DNA of 58,608 nt, the filler included, from Sphacelaria rigidula (lineage: Eukaryota), in assembly GCA_964200075.2 (NCBI GenBank). It is 10 parts of 10 records of this genome, joined end to end, with 100 filler letters (N's around TTAATTAATTAA, not from the genome) between each part and the next. Parts side by side here need not be neighbours in the genome. Positions count along the whole stretch, not along the records: positions 35,227 to 40,997 come from CAXNAA020024594.1; positions 41,098 to 46,868 come from CAXNAA020024595.1; positions 46,969 to 52,738 come from CAXNAA020024596.1; positions 52,839 to 58,608 come from CAXNAA020024597.1; 6 more parts are not named here. One strand, written 5' to 3'. Positions 37,340 to 54,159 of the stretch are shown here, in pieces. Each line of letters starts with the position of its first letter. Positions within the stretch are counted from its first letter, which is position 1. Below the pieces are notes generated by a model. That model was not told where the DNA came from, did no database searches, and saw only the letters and a program-made list of their open reading frames with translations. The translations under genes and the position numbers were made by a program.

Positions 37340-37516
37340 GTGAGTCTCATCCGACTGCCTGGTTGCTCCCTGGCGAGTCACTCGGCGGATTCATGGGGTG
37401 AACTTATCGACGGATGGATTACAGGCATTCATGAGATGAGCTCCTGATACAGTTTGAACAGGCAAAACGATTCGCTTTGAATTTTCCAGAAAAGTTCGAG
37501 CAGCGGTTTACATAGC

Positions 37517-38715
37517 GAGCTGTTGGTGGATGCGCCGAACCAACATAGCAATCCCCGACGCACAAGGAGCCCTTTATTGTAGAGAGGCCTCAATTCGAAC
37601 TACCAACCCGGGGCTGGCTTTTCCCGACTGTGGCAACTTCCGGTCCCTGACCACAAGCCAACAAGCCCGAATGGCCGACATGTTCAACTATTGCATTAGA
37701 CGATTGCTGAACGTCATTGACAACACCAGGTATATCGAAAAAACCCTCACTTCATATTGGCGACACGATGAGGTAACTCTGTACGGTTCATGAGCAGAAA
37801 GTCCCGGGTTCGAATCCGGATTCTTATCTGGGAGTTTCTGCTCATGAAGCGTACAGAGTTAGTTGCCTCATCGTGCCGTCAATGTGAAGAGGGGAGTTCT
37901 CGATCCACCTGGTGCTTTTGCGAACCGGTTAACGTAGACCAGCTGTCGCGTGTCGTAGTTGAATGTGTCGGATCATTCCGGCTTGTTGATTCGCGGTTAG
38001 GAGGCGGAGGTTGCCTTGGTGGGAGAAGCCACAACCCCGGGATGATAGTTCGAATGTAGGCATCTCTAAAAGGGCTCCTTGTGCGTTCGGGAACGCTGTG
38101 TTGGTTTGGTGCAGCCGATAGCTATTAAACCCTCTGATAGCTCTCGGCTGCGCCGAACTAACATATTAGTCCCCGAGGCCCTTTAGAGAGGCCTCGATCC
38201 GAAGTACCGACACGGGTTTGATATCACCGATCGTGGCAACCGCCGGTCCCTAGTCGAAATCCAACAAGCCGGAATGACCGACACGTTCAACTACGGCACT
38301 GGGCAGGTGCTCTACGTCACCAACAACGCCAGGTGATTCGAGGAAATCCCCACTGATTGGCTGGTTGATTGATTGATTGATCATCTCACATTAGCTGATT
38401 GCAACAATCCAGCCCGTGGTCAGGAGCAGCAAAACAACAACATAATAAAAAAACAAAAAAAAGAAGGAAAGGAACAGAAAAAAAGACAGAAGCAACGGCC
38501 TCAGACAGAAAGGGAAGAAGAAAGGGAGCAGCGATAACAACGGAAACAACACCATCACAAACGGCAACAGCAAGAACAAACAACAACAGCAATAACAACA
38601 ACAATAACAACAAAAATAACGACAAACAAACCACTCCACATTCGCGACACGATGAGGTAACTCTGTACGGTTCTTGACCAGAAAGTCCAGGGTTCGAATC
38701 TCGGCTCCCACGAAC
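37517..38715. repeat. Three alternating (+,-,+) ~300-bp units each ending in a tRNA-like segment
   Basis: 37517-37817 (+), 37818-38123 (-), 38138-38354 plus 38636-38715 (+); B-box GGGTTCGAATC in the + copies. Confidence 0.8.
38355..38630 (-). mobile_element. (AATC)n-tailed retroelement nested in the third tRNA-like unit
   Basis: Minus strand GACCACGGGCTGGA...CAGCTAATGTGAGATGATC(AATC)n; CCACT duplicated at 38350-38354 and 38631-38635; host unit resumes afterwards. Confidence 0.7.
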
Positions 38716-40523
38716 CTGACGAAAGAATGAATATCCCATGTAGAGGGGCAACATCAAGTCGTAATAGTGATCGGGTGCCAGACAACGGATGGGTGCGTAG
38801 CAGGCAGAGCTCACAACCTCACGGGAGTAGCTTTTACGGAGATCCTCTGGCTTGGCAACTCAACACACGTAGAGAGTATGAAGGAGAAGGGTTCACAAAT
38901 ACCCTCGCCGCTAGCTGGTGAATAAAAGGTCACCTTCACAAACCTCTTCTCGTCGAAGAACGCACGGAGAGGCTCATGAAGGGCGGGGGGAGGGGGGGTG
39001 ATGAAGTGGATACCACTGCATACAAGAGGAAAAATAGCGTTGAGTGTCCACCGGGGATATCACCTTTTCATACACAGATTCGAAGTGTTGCATACCCTGG
39101 ATAATGACAAGACGTTACATTGTCAAGAAGTGTGCTGCGTACAGTATCGACTATTGCATCTATCGCAATAAACAGTAGATACCATACTGGACGCATTTAT
39201 ATTTCTTTACAACGGAATCTATTGTCACCATCCAGGTGTGAAATAACTCATGCACAACTAAAGCAGGGCGATAAAAAAAGGGCTTCAATGCAAGCAAATA
39301 CCAGCTGGATACAGCAATGGATCGATGTAGTGCACGCCCCTATGCCAATTCAGCGGCGGTGCCGGGTGCAGCCGTGCGATCAGCGCACTATTATTCTGTA
39401 CCGCACTGTGCTTGCCTTTCAAGTCAACCAAGGCGTGCAGAAGCGGTGAACCCTTTTGGAGAGTGTACTCGCCCATCGATGCCCACGCAGGCCATCTACA
39501 GTGGCAAGCGCATGTCAGTGCAATAACGATAGGCAACGCGGTCACGAACAAGGTAATTCCAGTGAGTCAAGAATTCCCCATAGACGTCTCCACTGCACTC
39601 GCATCACGCCGGGCGCATCCCGGTACTGTGATGAGCGTGGTTTGCCGTGAGAGGTTGCTGTGGTGCACGGTGACTGCACTGGATTGTATCATACCATACA
39701 AAAATGTTCGGGACATGGATCTTTTGTCGGGAATGTAGTCCTGACCGAAATTGCACGGCTCTTCATGTATGTACTGTTTCACTCCATAATTTGTTGTAGA
39801 CCTGCACATACATTCCGTATGTGCATGTGTACATCCTGAGTGTCACGCCAACCATGAGTAACGTTGGCTATGTCTGCTAGCGACCACCCCCGAACAGATC
39901 GTTTTGGTCGTCAGTTGGCCAGGATTGCTGAACGGTTAAACGATACGTGCAAACAATCGATTCGTTATTGTCGGTCGCCCAGAAACCGGAGATTATCCGG
40001 CGCCTTAGTATGCCGTAACTGATACGTGAAATATGTTCTAATTGTTGTGCGCGAACTAATCGTATCTAAATCATGGTATGTGCCTTTCCGGGCGTGTCAA
40101 AGGTGTACTTACTTTTTTTATGTTTCTCGGTCGTGGGAATCCGCCGTGCAATGCTACACTAGCAAGTGCAGCCACACACACCCGGCCCGGTCGAAATCTC
40201 TCGAAAAACGGTTTCAAAGTAACAGCCAATATTGCGTGGGGATTCACCGCTCTTGTGGGGGGTACCATGGGAGGTGAGAGAGACAGGAACCGCTAGGTGT
40301 GTGGCATTATCGTGGATTGGGACGCTTGAAATCGCGTTATCGCTAAGCTCCTTAGGCGGGTTGCAGAAACGCCACAGAAATCTGATAACAGTGGATGATA
40401 AAAACCATCTCGGGCAAGAAATATTTTTCGGCCAATAAGAGGAACCGACGAACAGGAATGTCCACCACCCCGCATACTGGGTATCACTTATTTGAATGAT
40501 TCGGCTAATGAACTTATGGGGAA

Positions 40524-40555
<32 letters not shown>

Positions 40556-40771
40556 AGGGGGAGAAACCCCGCCAGCAGGAACACAAAGAACGCACACACT
40601 CGCGGCGGGCGGCACAAGAAAAAAAAAAANNNNNNNNNNAAAATTTTTCGGCCAAAAAAAAGAACCGACAAAAAAGAAATCCCACCCCCCCCCCTACCGG
40701 GTATACCTAATTGTAAAGATTCGGCTAATGAACTTATGGGGAATCCCCCCCCCCCCCCCCGTCTCCTCCCA

Positions 40772-40997
40772 AAAATGGTGAGACACCCATGAGGCAGAGA
40801 ATAAGCCATGGCTATCTCTGGAAGTAGCAACACCAGAAAATGAAGTAACTCATTTTGGGCCGTCATCCAAGTGCAAGATAATCAGTACACTTTGGGCCTA
40901 ACAATGGCAGCAGGATGCAGGTCACCGCGACTCGCCGAACATACCACGGCGCTTCACGCTTCGTGATTGATTGCGAGCCTGGTCCGGCGAAAACCCA
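40772..40997 (+). mobile_element. Family A, 5'-truncated copy cut by contig end
   Basis: ATGGTGAGACACCCATGAGGC...GGTCCGGCGAAAACCC; preceded by a C-run. Confidence 0.85.
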
Positions 40998-41097
40998 NNN
41001 NNNNNNNNNNNNNNNNNNNNNNNNNNNNNNNNNNNNNNNNNTTAATTAATTAANNNNNNNNNNNNNNNNNNNNNNNNNNNNNNNNNNNNNNNNNNNN
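40998..41097. other. Artificial contig linker
   Basis: N44-TTAATTAATTAA-N44. Confidence 0.99.
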
Positions 41098-41160
41098 GGG
41101 ATGCGAGGTCAATGGTCTGATGACTATGGCAAGCATGATCATGAGTACACCCCCCCCCTC
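41098..41160 (+). mobile_element. Family A 3' end at contig start
   Basis: GGGATGCGAGGTCAATGGTC...ATCATGAGTACA followed by poly(C). Confidence 0.85.
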
Positions 41161-41182
41161 CCTTGTTGCTGAACAACGACAG

Positions 41183-45408
<4,226 letters not shown>

Positions 45409-46868
45409 GTGAGAAATAGAGCGGTGGTGGTTTGATTATGCCACTGAGTATGCCGGACAACACTTTACGCGTATCTTGCTGGTTGAAGTACGTGTGAGGT
45501 ACACCGTCCGCGGGGCGTCCGTCGAAGACTAAGCACTCGCTTCATGCGGGAGCGAGCAGTATCGTTCGCTCGGAAGTGCTTCAAGAGCCGGCCGCTTCGA
45601 AGTCGACTACTTACGGTAGGATTGTCGTGGAGTTCAACACAACAGTTCGTTTTTGCAGACGCGATCTTCACGTTCGGGCGCTGAAAAATAAAACCTGTCC
45701 TTTCGTTTTGCTCCTGCTATACGTTTTTCTCCGGAGGAACGCGTACGCGCGTCCTGCTGCGCTACGTATTGAACAGTAGAAAATTGCAATAATGGTTAGA
45801 CGAGAAAGCTTACATCTGAACTGCAAGCGCCGGGTTGCAATTAGCACGGAGGAGCACACCTCTTGTTTTCAAGATGTTAACGTTTGCGGTCACTGGATTT
45901 CTGTAAATACACACAAACTTTGCGGCATTTCAGTCGTTGCGAGAGGCCCGCCATTGGATATCGCAAGTAGCCTACGGAATGTGAGTTGACGTGAGGGCGG
46001 AAACGTAGGCTCTCTGACGGCCTGCGGCTTTCCCGTAGCCGAATGTATACAGTAGCGCGGTTGAGGCCAATGAATCGAAACAGGTATCTTTTTCACAGTT
46101 GGAAACTTGTTTAGGATAGCCGCTTTCTATCTCGTCGTAAGAAGTAGCTACAATATGAAAAAGAAGTACAGTGGTTTTTCTACTGTCGAATTTCGAAAGT
46201 CCTTCGCCGTCTTCTAGATAGCCGATCCTCAATGATGCTGGATGAGACGGGAACCGGTCTGCTGCAGCGGCAACGTAAGGTGTCCCATGGTTGCACACAA
46301 ATTGCGACAAACTGTTCTCTTTGAAGCGTGGGTTTTGAGACGTGACACTCGGACCATGCGGTGCAAATGCGCCATTTGTCTACTGAAAAATCATTTAAGC
46401 TGAAAGCGTACTATCGGTTCCCGGCATGGTGAATGACAAACTCTGGGCAGACTGCTTCGAAACCCTTTGAAACCTGCTACAACAGACGCACAGGTGGAAA
46501 AAGGCGAAGAAATGGACAGAAGTCTGCCGCACACAACGGACATGACTCTTGACTTTTGTCGAACCACTGCTGATCGCGTGGACTTGCGCTCACATCATGT
46601 GGTATTTTGGTCAAAGTATTTCTTGAGTGGATAGCTAGTTATCGCCTGCTGTTTCCCCGCAACCCTGCTGTTCGTTTCCTCCACGCATTCATTCAGTCAC
46701 TGCCGGGTCAATTTCTAGTATTATTATTGATACTTCGATTCGTTCTGCAGTCAAAACGCCGTTTCTTTCGGACGACGAATTGAAATATCGATAACTGCGC
46801 CCCACCGCCATTTGGTTAGACACCCATGAGGCAGTGCAAAAGCTGTGGCTGTCTCTGGAAGTGGCGAT

Positions 46869-46968
46869 NNNNNNNNNNNNNNNNNNNNNNNNNNNNNNNN
46901 NNNNNNNNNNNNTTAATTAATTAANNNNNNNNNNNNNNNNNNNNNNNNNNNNNNNNNNNNNNNNNNNN
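46869..46968. other. Artificial contig linker
   Basis: N44-TTAATTAATTAA-N44. Confidence 0.99.
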
Positions 46969-47079
46969 GTGGGGGGGGGGGGGGGGGGGGGGGCCGTACT
47001 CATTTGTTGCTTGGCTTAGTCGTTTGACCATTGACCACGCCTCCCTTTCGAGACGGAGCACAATTCCTTCTCCTAATAG

Positions 47080-50000
47080 AGACACCTCCTACACCACGAC
47101 TGTGGGGGGGGGCTCTTCCACAGGTGGACAGCTTTCGTTGATTCGGTGAAAAAAGCTAGGTATAGTGCGGCTGAAAAACAAAATGCGTTGGCGAGAGAGG
47201 TTGAGGCGAAGGCAAGGGCCGATAAACTTCGCAGAGAGGCCTGGGCCAGGAAAGTCATCGGCCGGCAGGCAAGTGCAACAACCCGAACAAACGATGACGA
47301 CGAGACACACGCGGTACCCCGGTCATGATCGAGTGTCGCGTCGTGAGTGCATGAACCATCAATTTGACGTTGGTCATTCTCGAGCACCGATTAAAAGGGT
47401 CAAGACAATAATCCACTTTTTATTCGGCGTTTCACGACTGGTGAAATCGGACATGTATCACAACCACAGCCAAAATCCAGCGAATTGATCAGCTTCCGAC
47501 AGCACCACGCGAGGAGCGGTGCAGTATTTGCCTGTGGTGCTACCATACAGCAGCAATAAGCGTGACCTCACACACGTTTCATTATTGTCTGCACACGTGT
47601 GACAAAGCTGTTTCACGCATTATTGCATTTACTCTAACCGACCAACTAAGGGAACGCTACTACCCTGGTCGCAGCAGCGACACTCTTTTTTCCTGGGCAA
47701 TGAACACCGCTCTGTCCCTGACATTCATGGCGAGGATCATTTTGTTTCCACCTGTTGATAGCGGCAGACCTTTTCGACGGGAGTTGCACCAGCAATTACC
47801 ATGCCTAGAAGAACCGTTAAAAGAACAACTTGACTTCGAGTAAATTTCTGACTTCGGTTCTCGACTTATCGATGCGAACAAAGCGCTCGAACCCTCCGTT
47901 ATGTTCGGAGTTTCCCAGATTGAGGTGCACGTTGCGCTGTGGCGTTTCAGCAAAATTCGACGGCGCATGGTGGTTGCCACGGCTAGGGCTGAAGCGTTTC
48001 GGGGAGCTAAACAAATGGCACTGATTCAGGCGGTGACGACAGCTTGGAAAAAGACCGCCGCTGAGCGCGGGGTGTTGAGGAAAAATATCTTGGAGATGAG
48101 GCTGCGACATCTGACCAGGGTGAGTCTGAGAAAGCGTGTCGGAGCAGAGTTCACACTCTAAGGTGTACAGTTGTTTTTTTGCGAAAACCCGAGCAAGCGG
48201 AACTGGCAACGCAAGAGTATTGATTGGGCAGCGACACATTCCGACCGCAACTGCGTGGTAGCAGCATAGCATGCTGTGTGTCATCATCTAGTAACTATAG
48301 TTGCCGTGTGGCATCACGAAGTGAGTTCAAGCTGAGCATGTGGAAGCATCTGTGGAAAGCCGATAACATTTTGACATGCACATGCGCAGTGACATGTTCG
48401 TTGCGCGTAAAGATTGCATCAAGGCATGACAAATGCACACAGTATTTTATGTGTGTGAGTACGTGAAAAGGTGAATACTTGACAGAAGTTTGTGGGAATT
48501 TGTCTCTTCTATGTGGTGGTTCCCACATCACCTCCCCCTTTCACGAACCGCTTCGAGGTTTTGTAGGGTTGTCCTTTCACGCCGGCGAGTGGTTTGAAAC
48601 AGGCTTTTTAAGTCACATATAATTGTCACTTCTATGCAGTCCCCACCTCAACCCCCCCTTTCACGAACCTCTTCGAGGTTTTGTATAATTTACCTTTCAC
48701 GCCGGCGAGCGGTTTGAAACAGGCTTTCTAAGTCACGTATTTTCTACGTGTGTTGGGTCACCTATACAACAATCACCGCAGGGGGCTTTCCGTGCGTTTT
48801 CGCACTTTGCTTCAGAGGATATCCACCATTTGTTTTGGCTCCCACCGTTTTGGTGGAGTCCGGGATTTGAACCCGGTACCTTCTGTTCGTGAAGCCAATG
48901 AGCTATCTCATGGTGTCGCCAATGCGAAAAGGTGGTTCCTTGACAGATACTTGTGCGAATTCGTGTCTTCTATGTGGTGGTTCCCACAAGTACATGTATA
49001 TGTACATGGGACTGCATTGCACTTGGGAGCGTCTGAAAAACGGCTTGCGGGAAATTGTCCTTGTTGCGGGGGAAAAACCCGAGACGGTTCCGGGTATCAT
49101 GTACATTACTTAGCCGCAGGTGTCAGTTGACGAAGCCGTTGACCAGTGGCATTGCGCAACCGTACTGTGTGGCAAACAGATGAAGGGTCAGTTACAGATG
49201 CGAGTCGAAACCTAAAAAAACACATATCTACCTTAGGCAGCGAAGTTCAGAATGCGTTTGCTGTTGGCTTGCCGAGCTTGTTCGCACCACGCATGTCTTC
49301 TGCGATGGGGCATATCGTGCCTCTGGGCAACCGATTCCATGAAACAGCCTGCCGTAGAACACTCGTAGAGTGTCTAAAATGTCCTAGACAGGAGGTTTCA
49401 CGGCTATGTACTCAATGCTCATGACCTCAACATGGATGTGCTCCGAAATGGTTGAGGAGCTCCGAAATAGTTGAGGAGCGCATGTACACCAACTCTTGAT
49501 CACTTGCGTGACCGTTCTATTTATGGATTTCTCGTTTTGTACAACGGCACAGATGCGGCAACGGCTTCTCTCAGCATGGGCAAAGCATGCTGCGACAACC
49601 GCAAGGGAACGGCGGGAGAAGGACATCGCTGAAAAAGATGTCGCCACACGTCAAATAGCAGTAGCCATAAGGGTCCAGGCCTTGGTGCGGGCTCATCGCG
49701 GAAAGGAGGTACAACAATACCACAGCACGACATTTTTCATATTGGAGAAGGGACGGCTCCGTCGTGTCGAAGCATAAAACGAACATTTGTATTCATGGTT
49801 TCGTTTCGTCGTGCTTATGTACTCGAAGGCCACGGAACATGCTACGCGTTTTTCCATACCTACCATCTCCCCATCGTTCACGACGGCCTCAAAGGTCTAC
49901 CGTTTTCCAATATTTTCATGTTTCCTTAGCTCTTCTTTTTTCCCCTCACTTTCCCGTTTATTTCGGTACGTCGCCCACCCGTGGTGGCCAACGAGCGCAC

Positions 50001-50863
50001 GACAGTTGGAGAAATGGCAAGATTTCACAGCAGAGTGTCATTTCTCGCAGCGGTCCTTCATCATGTCACCGTTACACCGTAGAGAGTCAACGGTGACACT
50101 ATGCTCTGACTCTTAGGCCACCGGGTGTCCAGGCTCCTCCCCGTGTTGTCATGTAGAATGCTCGCCATCGACTGTAAAAATTCCCATTAACTATCCTGTC
50201 TCATTTCAGTTGCTACAGGGAGGGTGAAAATACATGGCCGGTTGCCGGGTGCGATGTACTCAGAAGACAGCATGTCACGCCAGTGAATGTAACACCTAAA
50301 CCATAATGTGCCCGTTTACCTCAAAAGTAGCTTTTGATTATATCAACATCGGTTCATACGAGAGTGCCAAAACAGGTGGTGTGAAAACACCGTCTCTCAC
50401 CGTCACTGATTTCAGGTTTTGACGGTGATACATTTCGTTTCATTTGGAGTCCAATCCCGCAGGGGCTCGAAATTGAAGCTATGCAGCGGGTCTGAGAAAT
50501 GGCACTGATGTCAGGATCATACAATACAACGATGGTAAAGTACTAACCGTAGAATACGATCCAAGGGAGCCCGGGAAAGAAGAACGACCCGAGTACATAT
50601 GTATAGTTGCATAGGTCGAAACAAGAGCAAAATTGTAACATGCGCTTGACGTCTGCAACACGGTTCATGACGCAGCAAACGCTGCGCGTACAAGCTTGCG
50701 CCTGAAATTATCGCCGAAACCGAACTCATCAGTCGGCGTGCCGGGCTCGATACAGGGATTCTCCGATCGCTTGCGACTCCGGAGATCGGTGGTGAAGATC
50801 CAGAAGCGCTGGAGGGGGTACAAAGTCAGAAGTACGACACGGACCATGGTGAGACTTGAATAG
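47080..50863 (+). CDS. IQ-motif helical protein, partial; exons 47080-47268, 47919-48119, 49553-49708 and ~50676-50863
   Basis: First three exons are phase-0 compatible. IQ motifs AIRVQALVRAHRGK and VVKIQKRWRGYKVR; spaced Trp motifs (FHRW, TTAWK, LSAWAK) resemble Sfi1-type repeats. The junction into the last exon is unresolved. Confidence 0.72.
48534..48741 (+). repeat. Tandem duplication, period ~120 bp
   Basis: CCCCCTTTCACGAACC.CTTCGAGGTTTTGTA...GGTTTGAAACAGGCTTT.TAAGTCAC occurs twice. Confidence 0.9.
48851..48932 (-). mobile_element. tRNA-derived SINE-like segment
   Basis: Perfect T-arm CCGGG-TTCAAAT-CCCGG, AGGT variable loop, ends ACCA; anticodon and acceptor stems do not pair; homologous to 37745-37817. 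Confidence 0.65.
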
Positions 50864-52738
50864 ACGACGACAGCTCGCCCCTCGATATTCGACGATGTGG
50901 GAGTGCCGTGAACCCTCGGGTGAATTGCGTCCATTGATGTCGTAACGGTGGTCGCATCACTGATAGCCGTACTGCTGGGGAGATCTGGTCGAGATGTGTC
51001 GATAGAGCTACTCTTTTGACAGAGCAGTCTCGTGCTTCTGGGAAAGATTGTATCTTCAACAAGTAGTCACAGGGCGCGACAACCGCTTGCAGAGCGGTTG
51101 CTAGCAGTATAGAGGAAGACTATTAGATACGGCTCTGAAACAGCACCGATCGTTCGCTTGAGATGACTTCTGACAAGTATCAAAATCGTTCATACATGAC
51201 TCATCTATTGGGGATATGAGAAATAGACTCCAGCGACGACGAAGCTGTAGGCAGTGTCCCGGCATTGTCCGAATTGTTTTTTCTCTTTGTAGGATCGGTC
51301 ACGGTTATGTCTTGTGCTATCAAGGGTAATTGTGTCCGCGACCACGGGATCACAACTAGTTGATGAATGCTGAGATAATCCCCCCACAAAAAGTGCACCG
51401 GAGACCGTCCGAAAAACCGGCTGTGATCCCACTATTCCGCTCGCGTGCAGCAATTTCGCCCACACGAGAGGCGTGTAGCAGTCCGAAATCAGCTTAAACG
51501 CCCAGATGAGTCGCGTCGTGCAGCACGAATCCAGCTCTAGCGGCCTTTATTATCATCGCCTCCGTGCACTTTTCTGACCGGTTCAGGGGGGGGCTATCTC
51601 GGAAGCAGTCAGTTGCGCCTTCTTTTCGGATAATGACGTGAAACTCTGAACAGCACCGTAGAAAAGAGCGACTCTCGTGTCACTGAGATGCTGTATTGGT
51701 CTGCTGTTGAAGGCACAATTTGTCGCGAAAGTCCAAGGCATATACCATCCAAACATTGCATTTTCGAGCTTTCAAGTACCAGGCCGTCTATATCCAAATT
51801 GGATCCATGTCTGTTACGAACTTTTTCACGTAATGTTGTCATGCCTTCAAGTCCTGCACTTCCAAATTAAGAAATGGTAGTGTCATACTATGCCATACTC
51901 ACAAGGCGTCGATACTTGAAACATCAGCCACGGAGTTGGTTCTTTTCGCAGCCAACTCATCTGACGTCGTTGCAGCATCTTCCTACACTTTTCCCTGTTC
52001 ACCGATACTAGATTTTATCTTTCTGTTTTTTCTCGATTTCATACTCTCACTTTTTCTTTCCCGTATTTTTTGTTCAAGCCGTTCCGTACTGATCCGAAAA
52101 TTAAGTATTTATGGGCGAATCCCTCTTGACTAGCCGCGACTTTTGCCCCTCGAAGAAAGGGCTAGGCCGATGCTGCCTCCTCGGGATGGTTTGACCTTCT
52201 ATCCGAGAGGAATCGGACACATCTTCGCAGCCTTCGTGTGCACGCAGTTTGACTTTCAACCGAATCGGGGGTTTGTCACGGTAGTCACCAGGAAGCACCA
52301 AATGCACGGGCAAGAGCGAGCGAATCGAAGATTTTTGAGTTCTAAGCGTTTGTCCAAGAAGATTCGATTCTATAACAGCTAAACCTTGTATTGCTGACGC
52401 CGGAGAACGCAAGGCTGCCGACGCACCGGCATATCAAGTATAGCAACGTTTCCCGAGGTGTCAGCATGCATCAAGCCCTTCTCCTGGGCGTAAAACGACG
52501 CAGAAGGGTCGAAACGTTCATATTTCGAGACACATGTCTTCAGGTCATCATGAAAAAAACAGCATCACTTTTTTTCTTTTCTTTTTCCCTCACACTTTGA
52601 ACCCCTCCCCTTCCTCGAGATGAGTCCATAGTCTCAAGGGATTAACCCATCTCTCCCCCGGTACGTGCCCTCACCTCTAGACTCTTGGGTTGGCGTCGAG
52701 TGGCAACGGCGCTGTAAAAACAAGCCACCAAAACCTAG

Positions 52739-52838
52739 NNNNNNNNNNNNNNNNNNNNNNNNNNNNNNNNNNNNNNNNNNNNTTAATTAATTAANNNNNN
52801 NNNNNNNNNNNNNNNNNNNNNNNNNNNNNNNNNNNNNN
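52739..52838. other. Artificial contig linker
   Basis: N44-TTAATTAATTAA-N44. Confidence 0.99.
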
Positions 52839-52840
52839 AG

Positions 52841-53359
52841 TGTGGAGAAAGTACTGTTTTGGGCTCGAACCTCATTTCATTGATGAACCTCATTTTATAG
52901 AATCCTCTGTTATAGACTATCCAGGCAATGCTTGGTAACACAGCGCAGTAGCATGTTTCGATTGGTGCTTATGCGGACCAATCGCTGTCGGTTGAAACAT
53001 CGGATGTAGGCATTTTCTAGAGTACATCTAGAACAAGTCCACTGTAGATCGATCTGAGTGACGATCTGGTACGATAGAGAATCTTTGATAGGATCAAGAT
53101 ACGAACTCTTGAAAAGAGGAGCACAAGAGAACTCACGAACACATCGCGAGCCCTACTCTTTCACTCTTCACTTCTCCAACTTCTCAACTGGACTTCGACA
53201 GTCCGTCGAACTTTACAAGCCTGTGCTGGCCATAAGCGTCCATTCAACATCGAATCTTTCTCCTTGCACAGTTGAGCCACAGCTCGCTCGGCAGCTTAAC
53301 ACCTGCCAGGGTCAGCCTACTGCAGTCACTTGTGGGTGTACAGCAATGCATCCATAACA
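52841..53359 (+). mobile_element. Putative 5' LTR of a Copia element
   Basis: Runs TGT...AACA and is followed immediately by a primer-binding site; the left edge is uncertain because it is 2 bp from the contig start. Confidence 0.6.
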
Positions 53360-53370
53360 AGTTATGAGCC
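53360..53370 (+). promoter_or_regulatory. Primer-binding site complementary to the tRNA-iMet anticodon arm (half-tRNA priming)
   Basis: AGTTATGAGCC; GTTATGAGCC is the reverse complement of GGCTCATAAC in initiator tRNA-Met. Confidence 0.75.
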
Positions 53371-54159
53371 TCGTTTCAGCGCGGCGCTAGTGCGGGGTAT
53401 ATCGGGGAGCGACGTCTTCGAGCATCCAGCGCAAGCGAGCTTCGAAGATCTGTGTCGAGAATTCTACAGGCTGTGAGATATTTTGAGGCAACCCGGCTGC
53501 GACTGGATACTGGTCTGATCAGCTGGGATCCACGATACTGCACAACAAGTGGTACGAACAAAGTGGTTGGTGCATCTTATTCGGGGGCATTTCATCCAGG
53601 CCTTGATCATTTGTCGAGGAATAGAGTTTTGCACCTGCATTTTCGGCGCGGCGAACATTACAACCGTCGGGACATTGGAATTTGTAGCACACAGTCGGAT
53701 ATTGCCCATTTTAGCCTGCATGCATGGACATACAGCAACGAGATCTGGACAGCACCTTTAATTGTGCCTAAGATCTAGATGGTTCAGCAGAGTTTGCTTC
53801 TGGCAGGGAGACGACTGCAGTGTAGCTAGCTGCAGCCGTGTACGCCTACATGCACGACATGTAGCAACAAAATCTGGACAGAATCACATTCGCGCGTCGA
53901 GCATCTTCACAATTTCGGGGCGTTGGAATCGTGCTAGGGATTTGGTCTCTAGCAACGTCTGCTTAGACATAAACACGACTGCACCAGTTAGAGTAGCTGC
54001 GCTACAGCCGTTTGAAGCCTTCACGCACGACGTGTAGCAACGAGATCCGGACAGCATCATATTTGCGCGTCGAGTACTTACGGTTTCGGGGCGTTGGAAT
54101 CGCGCCTAGGGTCTGGCCTGATACTTCGAGAGTTCTACAGTTGAAGCAGCTGCGACGTT

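Noticed and set aside
40478..40760. Direct repeat GATTCGGCTAATGAACTTATGGG-AATC(n) on both sides of a 10-N gap
   Set aside because: Likely a scaffolding overlap artefact with low-quality sequence after poly(C).
40772..41160. Family A appears to continue across the 40998-41097 linker
   Set aside because: Contigs are ordered by length; an abundant repeat that breaks assemblies explains the coincidence.
48851..48932. Functional tRNA-Val(CAC) gene
   Set aside because: Only the T-arm folds; related copies carry different anticodon triplets.
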